From Laetmonice hystrix (Eukaryota): a DNA stretch of 64,000 bases. Below the pieces are notes generated by a model. That model was given only the letters and a program-made list of their open reading frames with translations. It did not search any database and was not told the DNA's origin. This document shows positions 11,701 to 24,159 of the stretch, piece by piece (the first letter of the stretch is position 1; each line of letters starts with the position of its first letter). The translations under genes and the position numbers were made by a program. The stretch spans positions 54,004,001 through 54,068,000 of the forward strand of contig OZ249436.1 in assembly GCA_965235115.1 (NCBI GenBank), written 5' to 3'.

Positions 11701-14700
11701 GAATACATGCTAAGGTATAAGCTTAGCACTTCTGATTTTTAGAAAAGCATATCAGAAGCGTTAACCATAACCTTAAACTTAACTTAAACTTTAATTTTGA
11801 AACACTGGGGCCAGGTTTTGGTGCTTGGCGAATTTGGATAGGAACATTTTGGAAATCAGGATCATGGGCCGCCGGACAGAGGAATATGGCGACATAGTCA
11901 TTAGCAACGCGTGCATCCATCAGAAGGTCGGACCCCAGGCCACGACCCTAGATTTCCACTCTGATGTGGTTTATGGAAGGGGGGATCTCAACCGATTGAT
12001 CTGCATGTATTTTATCTCCGATGTCTTATCTTGAAAGACCACTCAAAGAACTGAGGACGTCTAAAAAACTGTGTCAGTGGCTGTACTATTTTTGCCAGAA
12101 AATTGCCAGAAGATTTTCCGTTAAAAGGAGGTATGGGTACCTTTTCCTCGCTTTAAGCTAAAGGCCCAGATACACGGGCCGATTTACGGCCGATTTTGAG
12201 ATACGGCCGATTTTCCTCCATATTTTTTTTTTTTACCTATTTTGGACCTTATAGATAGTGTTTTCCGTTTACCTCTAGGCAGTGATTGGTCTTGCTGTCG
12301 TGTGGTGGAGCCCAGTTGCGATACGTCGATGTTGGGCATACGACGTAACCAGTCGTCCACGTCCGATGACGTCAGATTGCGCGTTGCCACCGTCATGCTG
12401 AGAAGCCCAACCTCTCGCTTCAGTTTGGCGTTATCACGTTTCATTTTGTCGAGCTCACTGAAAAGGAATCAAACGACTGAGCCGAACTTTCAAGTATATG
12501 ACTCCACACGCCTATTCTCAGGTAAAAGAGGGCAAGGGATCACAACGTACCCCTTCCGCCTTTCATAAACGTCTAGGCCTATGCATAATTATTAATTATT
12601 CCATCTTCATAACCCCCAAAATGCCACTTCTCCTTAGTAGCGAACTTTTATCAACTTCTTTTTTTTTAAAGACAGTTTTTTTCAGAATTGCTTGAAAGGC
12701 AACTGCCCTCCTGTCCCGTCCCGCCCATACATTTGACCGAAAACGTGTTCAAGGTTCTTCCGCGGGTAAAGTTGATGCCAAACTGCTGACTGCAGAGTTT
12801 TAAAATTACCCTGCTCTGCCCATTTCGAAATAGGCCTAGCTTCCGACATACGTCTGTCATCGTTTCAACCCTTTTAAAGAACCTGATCAAAGAGATACAC
12901 AATGTAGGCCTAGAGTCTATACTCACCGGAGAAACTGGTTGTTCTGAGTTTCGAGCTGCCTGATTTGTTGCCTGACTCGGCCCGTTCCGCCGCCACTGAC
13001 GTCGATGGAGTTTGATCCGCCACCGCCCCCTCGCAGGTCACCGACACTCTTGGACAGCTTGGTGTTGATGTCGCGCAACTCGGCTTGCTGATTCTTCAAC
13101 AGCTGCGTGTCGGCCTGGATGGCTGTCATCGACTCCTGTACACAGATCGATCCGAATTTTACACAGCGATGCCCGCCAAATTTTTAACGGGAAAACGATC
13201 CGGGAGTAACCCAACTCAAACCTTTAAGAAACTTCCAAGGTCAAGAACTATAGGCTAAAGTGCCGGAGTTGGGGAGCGAGGAAGGTCAGTATCAAAAACG
13301 ACGTCCTAGCTGGTTGGGGGTAGGAACCGCCGGCCCCGCTCAGACCCAAAAAAATCCTAACAGGTCTGTATAAAATATCATTTACAGAAAGGCATATCGT
13401 TTACCAGGAAACCATGGTATTGATCAGCTGGTATCAGGTTGTGAATAATGTGGTAATTAAGGGATTAGAACCAAATTTTATTTCATCGCTCTGATAAAAT
13501 AACTCTTGCATAATGTATCCCTAAATGCATAAGAATGGGTAATTCTTACTTCAGGTATAGGCCTATAATAGTCAGTCGATAAGTAATGCTTTGTCAACAT
13601 CTGAAACTGACCTTCAGGTGCAGGGTGTCGTCTTTCAGGTCGCTCTGTGAGAACTTGAGTTGCGTGTTTTCTGACCTGATATTGGTGACCTCTCTCTTGA
13701 TGAGTAACCACTCGGCCTTTAGGTCACCAACGTCGTTCTTCAGCTGTCCGACCATCGTGTGTATCCCTGATACCTCTAATCTCACCTGATGGTGCCATTA
13801 AAACCGATTACTCACATTGGATTCTCCATAATCCTAATCCTAATATACCATTGATCCGACCGACAGTTGTGTAGCCTTTGCTAATCTCCAGCCAGACATG
13901 CATGATACCTTCATTATTACTGTAAAGTGCTTGAAATTTATCATTATTTCACTTTTCAATAAACCATTTCAAGGTTTCATATTACCCGCCCCCCCCCCCC
14001 ATTCACACTCACACACACACACACCTTTCCAAAATCCGTGATCCTCCCCTCTTGACAATCATGATTAGAATGCACCCACCTGCTGGACCTCCACTAAGGC
14101 GACCCCCTTGCCGTGTCGCCCTCCCTTCACTTTGACCTCATCCAACATGGTACGCAGCTCCTGAGTATCAGCCTTCACCTCCACTAGCTCCAGCCGCACG
14201 TCGCGCTGCCCAACCTGACGTCACGCGCCAAAGTGGGACCCAAAGGTGATCAATAATCGAGTTTATGTATAGATAGTTCAGAAAAAACTAAGTGAACGGC
14301 CACCGACACTGCATTCATTTAAAATACCCTTCACAAATTATAATCGGAATATAGGCCTACCCTCAAACAACTTCATCCCCTAAAATTCATTGCTATAGCC
14401 TACACAAAGGCTACAATTACAAGACAACCCCTTCCCCATTTAAATAATTGTACCATATGTTATTATCATGTTTAACAAGTAGAAACGCACACAGTATATA
14501 AACGAATGCATGGCCATTTACTTTGAGCTGAACATCTTCGAGTTTGAGCTCGAGGAACTCCTTTTCGATATGATTGCTGATGTTTCGTGCCGACATGAGC
14601 TCAGCGAACACCTCTGTCCGAATGGCCATCAGGTGGCGCTCCGAGTACAGGCTGGCGTTCGTGCAGCGATGTTCGAGTTGCCGCAGTCGACGCAGCACGT

Positions 14701-16565
14701 CCTGATTTGGAGTCCAGACCTACACTCATGCAGAGAGCGGAAATGAGAAAATCTAAGTTCATTTCGTCATGAACAGATCTGAAATTTGATTGAACGTGAG
14801 TCGGGTGCCAGCAGGCGAGTTTAGTGTGTTAAAGGGATATAATACAACTATTTCAGAGGGCTAGCACCTTGGTTTGATGCATTCATTCCCAGTTGAATCA
14901 CTATATTCCCTGCTATGGCAAATGTCGAACTTTGCATATGTACATGTATGTAGATAGAATATACGCATGCAGTAAAAACATTTAAAAAAACGCATCCAGT
15001 TTATGGGCAGGAATTCTTATTTCTGGAAATAACGTATAAACAAACTCACTATGCATTGTTACAACGTACCCCTTTAAAGGATAAAGCTAAGTGTTCGGTT
15101 AGTCGGATTACGAATACATGATCCTCCCGGCAAAAAGAAAATCAAATTGTAATCGTAGGCAACACTATATGTGTGAATATCGACTTCGGACTTTCGCGAA
15201 CCTGGGGAAAGTCGTGCACAGAGATGAGCTCCAAGCCCCTGAGCTATCTATAAGGCCCCTGTATCTTTATATAATATAGGGCGAAGTTAAGTAGTGGTTC
15301 TACAGAGAATTAACTACAAATACCTTATAAATGAACGAAGCAGTTAAAACAAGTATAACAACGTAAATATATTACGCTGAACACTGATGCTGCGTTGTAT
15401 GTATACAGGTTCTCGTCTGCTGGTACAGGCAACATGGCAGAATTCTCCCTGGGGCACCAGCTTCTCTCGGATATTTTCCCCAGGGCATTCCACCGTATAG
15501 TCAATCTCTCTTTGGTGTTCCCCTCCCTTTTATGGTAACCCTTGCCGGTCTTGGTGAACAGGGGTAAAAGCGGTCTTCAACCCCCCCCCCCCGGGTTTCG
15601 TAAGAGGCGACAAATGGGCCAAGGGCTGAAGATGACGTGCATCGTTGAGGTTCGGTTGACATAATAATACATGACACAGCCGACCATCCAGCGCCATTTC
15701 TTACTTTGACTTTACCCAGTGCTCAGTACCTGGGTCGTCAGTCGTGGTATGTCCAGCCGTGTCTATGCGGTTTAGTAAAACGATTAAGGCTGAAGAGAAG
15801 GTATATTTTCACATGGAAATGCAATCAGAGAAATGCCCAAAGGGATACCTCCGGTCGACCGGGGCAGAGGGCCAGTATCTCTTTCTTATGTTTAAATTTT
15901 GTATTCTAAGGTAAGTTGGATTTTTTAAAACCAATGCCTCTTTAGACTATACGTTATTGTACATTATAACATCAGGGGGTTAAATGACGAATCGTGCATG
16001 TTTGGCCAAATATAGCCACGCCTTTCTGCTGCACCACCTGTCCATACCAAATCCTCTGATCGTTCTCAGGTGAGAATTTATATAATGATCCTTTCATCAA
16101 TAATAATCAGCATTTCGTATATCGACCATCGGGTCTGCCCATTTACTCCACCATGTGGTTTCAGGATGTGCCAGTAATACTATAAGTTTAGGGCGTCACC
16201 TGCATTGTGACCGCATTAGAGACAAAACTGGGCATTTCCCTTCCATTATATTGAAAATATATGCAATGTAGTCAACCATGTATCATTGTATGCATCGAAC
16301 TGCATTCTTCATATATGAGGTGTATGACTGTAGACTCTTTAACCAGCGTGAAGGTGGACAACTTTCCTAGATCTACATGCAGTCACCAATCACCCCATTC
16401 CATGCACTTGGTTTTAGTTATTCTACATGAATACTGTACCTCAAAGCTGTATACACAGCCCCCTCCTCCGGGGTTATCCAAGGCAGAAGAGGCTGCCCAC
16501 GTGCAGCCTGAATAATAGGACAGCAAGTTCGTCACGGAGAAAGTTAGGTACGCCGTCCACCACAT
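8780..16565 (-). CDS. Secreted fibrinogen-related protein (signal peptide, long coiled coil, C-terminal FReD domain; angiopoietin/scabrous-like), ~558 aa
   Basis: Ten phase-consistent exons: 16565-16440, 14719-14522, 14214-14080, 13785-13612, 13135-12927, 12457-12273, 10730-10507, 9603-9447, 9198-9035, 8884-8780 (TAA). FReD motifs: [66 protein letters not shown]. The N-terminal CVYSFEV resembles the angiopoietin CxYTF motif. An in-frame upstream ATG lies at 16592. Confidence 0.9.
10034..10468. mobile_element. Degenerate palindromic MITE-like element in a FReD intron
   Basis: CTCTCCCACTTGGGTTTTGTGTCCTGCATTTA (~10036-10067) is the inverse of TAAACGCAGGACAAGAAAACGCAAGTGGGAGAG (~10422-10454); many internal AAACGCA/TGCGTTT motifs. 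Confidence 0.6.
12161..12255. mobile_element. Fragment of a palindromic MITE (AAGGCCCAGATACAC terminus), copy 1
   Basis: AAGGCCCAGATACACGGGCCGATTTACGGCCGATTTTGAGATACGGCCGA is the near-exact reverse complement of ~19958-20008. Confidence 0.7.
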
Positions 16566-17723
16566 TATAATGACGTCTAGTTGTGAGACCATAAAGGTAA
16601 AAGAAAGAAGGGCGCGCTTTTGTGTTTGTGTCCAGGTCTCCCTGGGGCACGTTCAGGTTCGGCACTAGGGTTGAGGGCGCCGTTCCATATAGTAGGCCTA
16701 TGCCCGCCGTCGTCGGCTTCCCGTTGATTCCTTGTCACCGGTTCCTTGATCCCTCTTCAGCTTCAATTGCAGGAAACAATGTCTTTGACTGCCATTAAAA
16801 TGCCTTTAAACTTGAAATACTTAAATCCGGAACTTTCCAAACGTAGAACCTATGCCCAAGTTTATGACCGGCTGCGCGGCCAGCCTGGTGGTGACTGCCT
16901 CCCGATGGATCTGTGGCAATGGACTGGCAGTCCGCATCATAGAGACGGTGGCTCCTGGAGACAAAGCGGTTCCTGCTGGCAATCGCTTCCAGAATAAATA
17001 GACATGCGATTCGTGCAGCGTGCTCCTGCGTTCAGTTTTAACAGGCAGACGTAAAAGAGTCAATGGAGACTTTACGTAACGGTAAGCTGTTTAGGCCCAT
17101 GTGCTTTTTCTTCTTGATTTTTTAGGCCTATATTAATTCAGCCTCTTTCTAGAGACTTAAAACTTAACTTAACCCGTGGTATAGTACGTTGCACTATAGT
17201 CTAAGTTTTATTCATTTAATACATGTTCGATAGAATATTAAATGTTAACGGTATAGGGAAAGACACACTATAGGCCTACATAAAAAAAATAAGCCAGTTC
17301 CTATTGATGCGTTTGAGATAATCTGTAGTAAATAGGTTCAAAGGAAGCACATGTACCTATAGTTTGCATTTTTAAACGACAATAGATTGGCCTCGCCATC
17401 ATCCCTTCGGCGCCGACATTTCAATTTGAGACGGGAATTCCGTCACGTGACTTTGATCCTCTCGCTGGGAAGTTTGATGTTAGCCGTGTCGAGGTTTGGG
17501 GTTAGCCGTGCCGAGGTTTAGTGTATTTTGCCAGCCGAGCCGAGGTTTAGGGTTTACCGTGCCGAGGTTTGCTAGCCGAGCCGTAGTGTACTTATCGGCC
17601 ACCGTACGTGATGCACTGCGCAACCCAGGCCTGTGGCACAGGGAGAATGTAAACAGAACCTGGCCAGCTCTGAATTTGTGACTATCACGGGCGAATAGAG
17701 ACTTACTAAGGTAAAACAGTGTC

Positions 17724-19386
17724 AACTAGAAATTGTTCAGTCCGAACAGGACGTCTCCCCTTTTTTAAAGTAATGACATCATATAATTTTTGAGAGAGGA
17801 CTAATTAGTATGAAAGTAGTGTGTTGCAAAAGCAATGATATGGCTATGGCAGATTTTCTATGCGAAAGAAAAGATATAATAATAGTATTAGCGGTATGTA
17901 TGAAGGAAGGTATGTATCAGTGGGGGATCCAGGATCTTGATAAGAGGGGGGGGGGGAGGCACCTAAAAAGTTTTTTAGCCTCGCTACGCTCTGCATAATT
18001 TTATTGTAATCATGGCCATTTTGGGCCCCTTTTGGTCTATTTCAATGCTGCATGACCCACAGTTATGTTGCTCCTGGATGACTGAGGAGGCCCTATTGGG
18101 CCCGATGTTGCTATCACGTACAATATAGGAGGCTTTTTTTTACAGAATTTTGTTGAAATACTGGTTTCAGGGTCCGAATAATGCATCTTTGTACAAAAAA
18201 GCGGGGAATAGGAAAATTTAAGGGGGGGGGGGCCTTGGGCCCCCCCTGGATCCCCCAGTGATGTATGTATGTGGGTAGGGGTGTGGGTGTGGGTGTGCGA
18301 TGTGCCGGCTGTGGTAAAGGAGTTGTTGGTTGTTGGTGGAGCGTGGAAGTGTTATGTAACTCAGTCAGGTGGCCAGGAGTATGGCGGGGGTTGCCGGGCA
18401 CTGAGAACACTGAACGACCCCTGAACGAGCCTTGACTGCGCGGTTGTGGGATCTGCGGTGGTGGGGGACGGGCGGCCGGCCCGTGTAGGGGTTTGGCGGG
18501 GAGTTACCATGGCTGAGAAGGACGCCTGACTGGGGGTTGGCGGGGGTTGCCAGGGACAACGGCTGAGAACAGACCACAGGCCGTGGGAGCGGAGTTGTTT
18601 ACCGTTACGACCGTTTACGCTGTGTGGCTGTGTGTCGGAAAGATGGTCCACTTCTAGGCCTCATAAGTCGGAAACTATTAATTGTAGAGAAAAACACTTA
18701 GTGTAGCGGTTGTAGGCAAAGACCTAGAAATTCTTCTCCCCCAAGTTTCATAAAGATACGGTAAGGGGTTTGGGAGATATAAAAGGCTTCTCTAAAGTTG
18801 GCACGGTACTGAGGTCAAAGGTCATGAAGTGCTAAAAATAGCAAAATCCCGAGAAAATATCCACAGTTGTCTTTTCCTCAAATTAGGACTTTCTAGCCCC
18901 GGTAGTTTTTGGGCTGATGTCAAGCAAGCGCCCAACCACTTCGAAAATGTTGAAGGTCACACAGAGGTCATCTGGGGTCACACGAACGTGTCCTCCGGGA
19001 AATCTAAATTTGGCACATAGATGACCCTGCTGACCAAATTTGATGTTATTCCAGCCAGTATTTTCCGAGTTATGGCTTTGGCAAAAAATTGGATCAGCCG
19101 CCATCTTGAAAGTTCTAGGTCAACCAAACTGGTTTTCGAACTTGTCCAAGCCCCGGATGAAAGAAGGCCGACATACCAATTTTGGATCGATTCAGGCTAT
19201 TTTTCTCGCGTTATCGTGATCACAGCACAAGTTGGCACATTCGTGCCACGGAAGAGGTCAAAGGTCAAATGGCACTATAATTAGAAACAAAGATTTTTCA
19301 GAAGGTTCTGTCGGGGTATTTCAAATTTGATAAGTCCCTCTCTAACAGTGGCCGAGTTATTCCAAAAAGAAGGAAATAAAAGAAAC

Positions 19387-19418
<32 letters not shown>

Positions 19419-19478
19419 CGGTCAGAAACAGCGTGCAAAACAAAACGTCTTCCCCAGCTGGGGGGGGGGGGACGTAAT
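17724..19478 (-). mobile_element. Non-autonomous Helentron/Helitron2-type element (HINE), family A, copy 1
   Basis: Highly similar to 27116-28959. One end carries AACTAG, a hairpin (TGTTC-AGTCC-GAACA) and the subTIR ACGTCTCCCC; the other carries an ACGTC..CCCC-AGCT-GGGG..GACGT stem-loop beside an (AAAG)n microsatellite. On the minus strand it ends ...CTAGTT. No TSD. Confidence 0.8.
17918..18260. mobile_element. MITE (TIR CAGTGGGGGATCCAGG, 6-bp TSD) nested in HINE-A copy 1
   Basis: 16-bp TIR with 1 mismatch; ATGTAT flanks both sides (17912-17917, 18261-18266); absent from HINE-A copy 2. Confidence 0.88.
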
Positions 19479-19904
19479 AACTGGCGCCACCTGGCGAGTA
19501 TGGTCCAAGCCCACAGAGTTCAACAACCCGAGAGGTGGTGCTAAATTATGTGTCGCCACCTTTTCGGATTATATCGCCGCCTCACGTTTGACCAGTGTCG
19601 CCCCCTGTGTGCGGATGAGGGAAGCATGCCCGTTGTGCGGGAGCAGCCACCCGCATCACTTAAAGGCAGGTGGGTGGGTGGGGGGGGGGGGGGGTTATGC
19701 AGTAGAGTTTGTTCTCCTGCCTATAACCACCTGATTTTCCTTCATAACTCAGCAAGCATTGCAAGAAACTACTCCAAATTTCTCCCAAACACCCACACAC
19801 CCACGCATACTACCCACACGCCCCAACCCCACCCCCACACATGTTCTGAATAGAGTCCCTAATTTATGTCAACTAAAATTTTTCTTATGCCGTGTTAACA
19901 TTGA

Positions 19905-20008
19905 AGCCGATTTCGAGATACGGTTGATTTTTCTCCATAGTTTTCCTAAGGACCAAAGTCGGCCGTATCTCAAAATCGGCCGTAAATCGGTCTGTGTATC
20001 TGGGCCTT
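19905..20008. mobile_element. Fragment of a palindromic MITE (AAGGCCCAGATACAC family), copy 2
   Basis: Ends ...GTGTATCTGGGCCTT; inverse of 12161-12210. Confidence 0.7.
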
Positions 20009-22256
20009 TTACACACAAACATGCACAGAGACAACAGAATGACTCGAGTGACCAGCCAATGCCTGGCTAGAAGTTCATTTTAGTAAAGAAACAACTTCAA
20101 AGAAAGTTTTTCATCAAAACTTAACTCTTCAAACTTAATAGGAAATTATGATCTTTAGAAATTTGACACATCATCAGATTACATTCAATCACATGGGAAG
20201 ACTACAGACTCGGCATCTGCCGGCCGACCCATCGGTCGAGTGGACCCGTCACTTGGACAGAAGGTGTAATCTGCTTGTTCGACGTCTGGGCAGGGTCCTC
20301 TTGATCTAGATAACGATGAAATGGATAAGATTGGCCGACGGGGATATAGGCCCTAATAATGCAGCATGTCATGCGTGACGAATGTTTGTGGTGTAGGTGA
20401 GTTCGTGCATGACTTGGGCCTACGCCCTGTGGGGAACTGAATCTGGCGAGACCATTCTCGGGAGAAGAACAGGTCATCGATTTTATGTGTCAAGTTGTTT
20501 TGACAACACGAGAGCCGTCAGAAATTGGAGAGCGTGTCTATATGAAGTCAACAAAATTTGAAGGCGGTGATCGGCCTACGTTTTGTGTCCTTATACTTCC
20601 CCGTCATGATACAAAATTGATTTTATTTTTATTCCGAAGAAATGTTGATGGCTGGGGGAAAGAGAGCTGGTTCCCTGAAAGTAGATACTCCAGCGTGATG
20701 CGATTGTATGATTGTTAGATTAAAAATAATATGGCCTGAAAATAAATTCTTTATTTTCTTTAATTGCCTTGTTGCCATATGGCTACATACACTTAAAACG
20801 CCCCCTGGTGTTAAATAACAAGTCCCACAATGTCAGTTGACTTTAACTCACAAAGTAACCACCAGGTGGTTCTAAGGGAATCATAATGGTAACATAAATC
20901 CCAAACTTGTAAATCCTGAAAACTCTAACAGTAAGAAAAGCGTGGAAAACAGGCGCGCTTAAAATGGGTCGATGGTATTTCTTCGGAAACCTTCTCGGGA
21001 AACACTTGACTCCAAATTACTATAATGATGGCCATGCACCAAATCGCATCGTTTTCCTGAAGTGACTGTTACCAAAGGAGACAAACAGAGCGTCCGTCAC
21101 TGGGACACGTCGAATGATCGTTGGACCGAGATTGAAGCGACCTGTTGGGTGCGAAGAAAAGGGGTGTGAGGGCAGGGCCTTGAGTGTCCAATTACAAAAC
21201 TTACTGGGCCAGCTTTATGTGTCACAGTAGTCTGCCTCCTCCTTCTGAGTTCAAGAGAGTTCACTTCGTGACTGTAAGCCACTGTATCAATATGTTCACA
21301 GTAATCCTGAATTTTAAGATATTTGATGAGAAAATAAACTGATGAAGTCTTTTATAAAAGACGTACGGGTCATAATGAGTGAACTTTAATTACGATTGTA
21401 GCCTATTAAGCTGAGCTATCTCCTTGAGATAGCGGTTTTGAGCATATACTGACAAATTTTGACATTGTATGGCCATAAGACATGAACATGTAGCCTATAC
21501 GTAATGCAAAATACAGGGGGAGTAAAAAAAACTATACACTCAAAAATAGATGAATCCGAGATTTGGTAAAAGCAGAACACTGTAGTAATTGAAAGAGGAA
21601 CTCTTGAGCTTCAATTTGTTGGTTGATTCGCTCAGATGTGACCAATAATACAAAAATATTTGCCATTTTTCAGAAACTCCTAACATACTACTTGCGCCAA
21701 GTGAGACAGTCTTTTTCAATTCATAAAAAAAAGATGGAAGCAATCAAAAGCAATCAAATGGGCCATTGTCATGATTGTGGTCATGGATGGCATAATCAGT
21801 TCAGATCTGTGGATCTTGCTCATAGTCCTGCTTGGTGCTGCTGAAGCATGGTACATTCACAGTTTACACAATAACTACCCCACTTTGTGGCTGGGGTACA
21901 TACCCGGTATTGGTATGTATTCATATTTTAGGTACCTGATTTATTTCTTAGAATCTGCCGACCGACCCATCGGAGTGGATGCGGCACTGGTATGTACTCA
22001 TATTTTAGATACCTGATTTGCTTCTGAGAATCTGCCGACCGACCCATCGGAGTGGCGGCATTTCGGTCTAGTTGATACGACCTTTGAACGGAAAGGACCA
22101 TCTGCTTGTTTGACCTCTCAACAGAGGCCACCCTGATCTAGATTAGGCCAGGTATCAAAGTTGCCGACGGGGATATGGGCCCTAAGTGAGACAATATTGC
22201 AGCATTTCATGCATTACGAACGTAATTGTGGTGTAGGTGAATTCGTGCATGACTTG

Positions 22257-22406
22257 GGCCTACGCCCTGTCTATGGCCTACGCCCTGTCTATGGCCTACA
22301 CCCTGTCCACGGCCTATACGCCCTGTCTATGGCCTACGCCCTGTCTATGGCCTACGCCCTGTCTATGGCCTATGCCCTGTCCATGGCCTACGCCCTGTCT
22401 ATGGCC
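22257..22406. repeat. 18-bp tandem repeat GGCCTACGCCCTGTCTAT, ~8 copies
   Basis: Directly visible; it produces the spurious AYALSM repeats in the ORF track. Confidence 0.92.
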
Positions 22407-24159
22407 GTGGTTCTACGGCCACGGCATGCGGCGTACGTAAAGAGCATACGGAAGACACGAATACATGGTTCCATAAATACAGTTCCCGCTCAAGAATTCG
22501 AAATCACGTGCAGCGTGTAGCGTGCAGAGGCCGGGGATGATTACGTAAAGCATATACGCGGATACGGCGAAAATCGCTACATGGAGCGATTCTCATTTCG
22601 TACACCGTATGCCGTTCAGTCGTGCCATATCGTGTGTAAGTGCACGATATGAGGCATATCTATAGGGCAGGCCTAATAGGGCAATATCGCAGCAAAAAAT
22701 TGCAACGTGTACGACGACCCTAAAGAATTACCCCCCCCCCCCCCAATAGTTGTTCTTTTCTTTATTCTGAATACATGCTTTTATCATATATGTATATTGT
22801 GTGGCCATGTATAAAGGAACAATGCAGGTCGGGGATGCACAACCTAGCAGATGGACAACAGAGGGCATAGCTCCCATCACACAAATTTATACAAATTATT
22901 ATGAGTTGTTCAAAGTGAAGTTTTATGACCAGTTCTGTGTAGCTCTTTAGTCAAAATGATTAGTTTTCATGACCATGTCTGCGTAACAGCTTCACAGCAA
23001 AATAAGTCCCACTGCTTTAGACCTAGGCCTATATGTAGAGCGAAATACTATATGGATATCCCCCCCCCCCTTTTTGTGGTAGGCCTGCTACCCCTTCATC
23101 AATTGTTCGAATATCAGTAGATTTACATGTTCGTATGCGGCGAACCTCCCATTTTCTTCCTATTTCTCGAATATATGGCTGGGTTCTCGGAAAGGCCATT
23201 TTCTGGGCGTTTCTCAAACGCGTATACAAATTTGGGGCAACTATATGCATACCCTTTTCACGCCCATTCCGAGTTATTCCATGTATATCCTAATATGGTC
23301 ATTTATTGGATCGGGGATCCGCATGGCTGCATTGTTCCATGGATGACAGAGTTTGGACCTCGAGATGTGCATTTAAACGCTGAAGTCGCAGGACTTGGGC
23401 ACCAGTCGGCGTTAAAGTGTTGGAAACCGCAGAAGGGACTCTCAGTCATCAGAATATCACGTACGTCGGAAGCACACGGAACAAAAGGTATTTGAATATT
23501 TCTTACTTTTAGAATCTTATAGTCAATGATGATATCATTTTATTGTTCTATGCTCGGTCAGGCTTCCAGCGCGCTCTGGGGCAAACAACCCCATCGATGT
23601 GCACGTAAGCGTTGCCATGGGAAAAAAATCATTTCTATATGTCAAATCATAATGATAATGATGATGATTATGATGATGATATCGTGCAACCCTGCACACA
23701 TGGATAGACGTACAACCTTTGATAATCTTTGGTTGGGAGGCAGGCCTGAGCTTTACTCAAGTTGAGAATTTATGAAAAACCTGTCCAGCTGGTATAGCAG
23801 GACGCGAAAGTGCTGGGTTCGGGGTACTTGTATTTTGCCATTCGTCCGTCTATCCGTACGAAACTGGTTGGAAATAATTTAATATCATATACTCTATTTT
23901 AAATTCAATTTATTTGATTTTAACATCTATACAAATATTTATTTACCCGTTTGACTTCAACAGATCGCATTGAAAGGAGAATTAATGATGGTTAAAATGG
24001 AAATTCCTTTTGTCAAGAGGTGCCGTAATTATGTACATGGAAGAAATGTTCATTTTTGAAACAACCTCCAATGATAAGCCAATCATCAGATAGAAACAAA
24101 AAAAATATCATGCGATATTAATCGATTGTGACGTGGTATTTTCCAGAGAAGAATACACC

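Noticed and set aside
21339..21372. Hammerhead-ribozyme-like CTGATGA followed by the palindrome GTCTTTTATAAAAGAC
   Set aside because: The essential GAAA is replaced by GTAC and stem I cannot form; at most a dead remnant. The CTGATGA at 49862 also lacks GAAA.
22161..22520. ORFs with AYALSM repeats
   Set aside because: Translation of an 18-bp tandem repeat with no gene structure.
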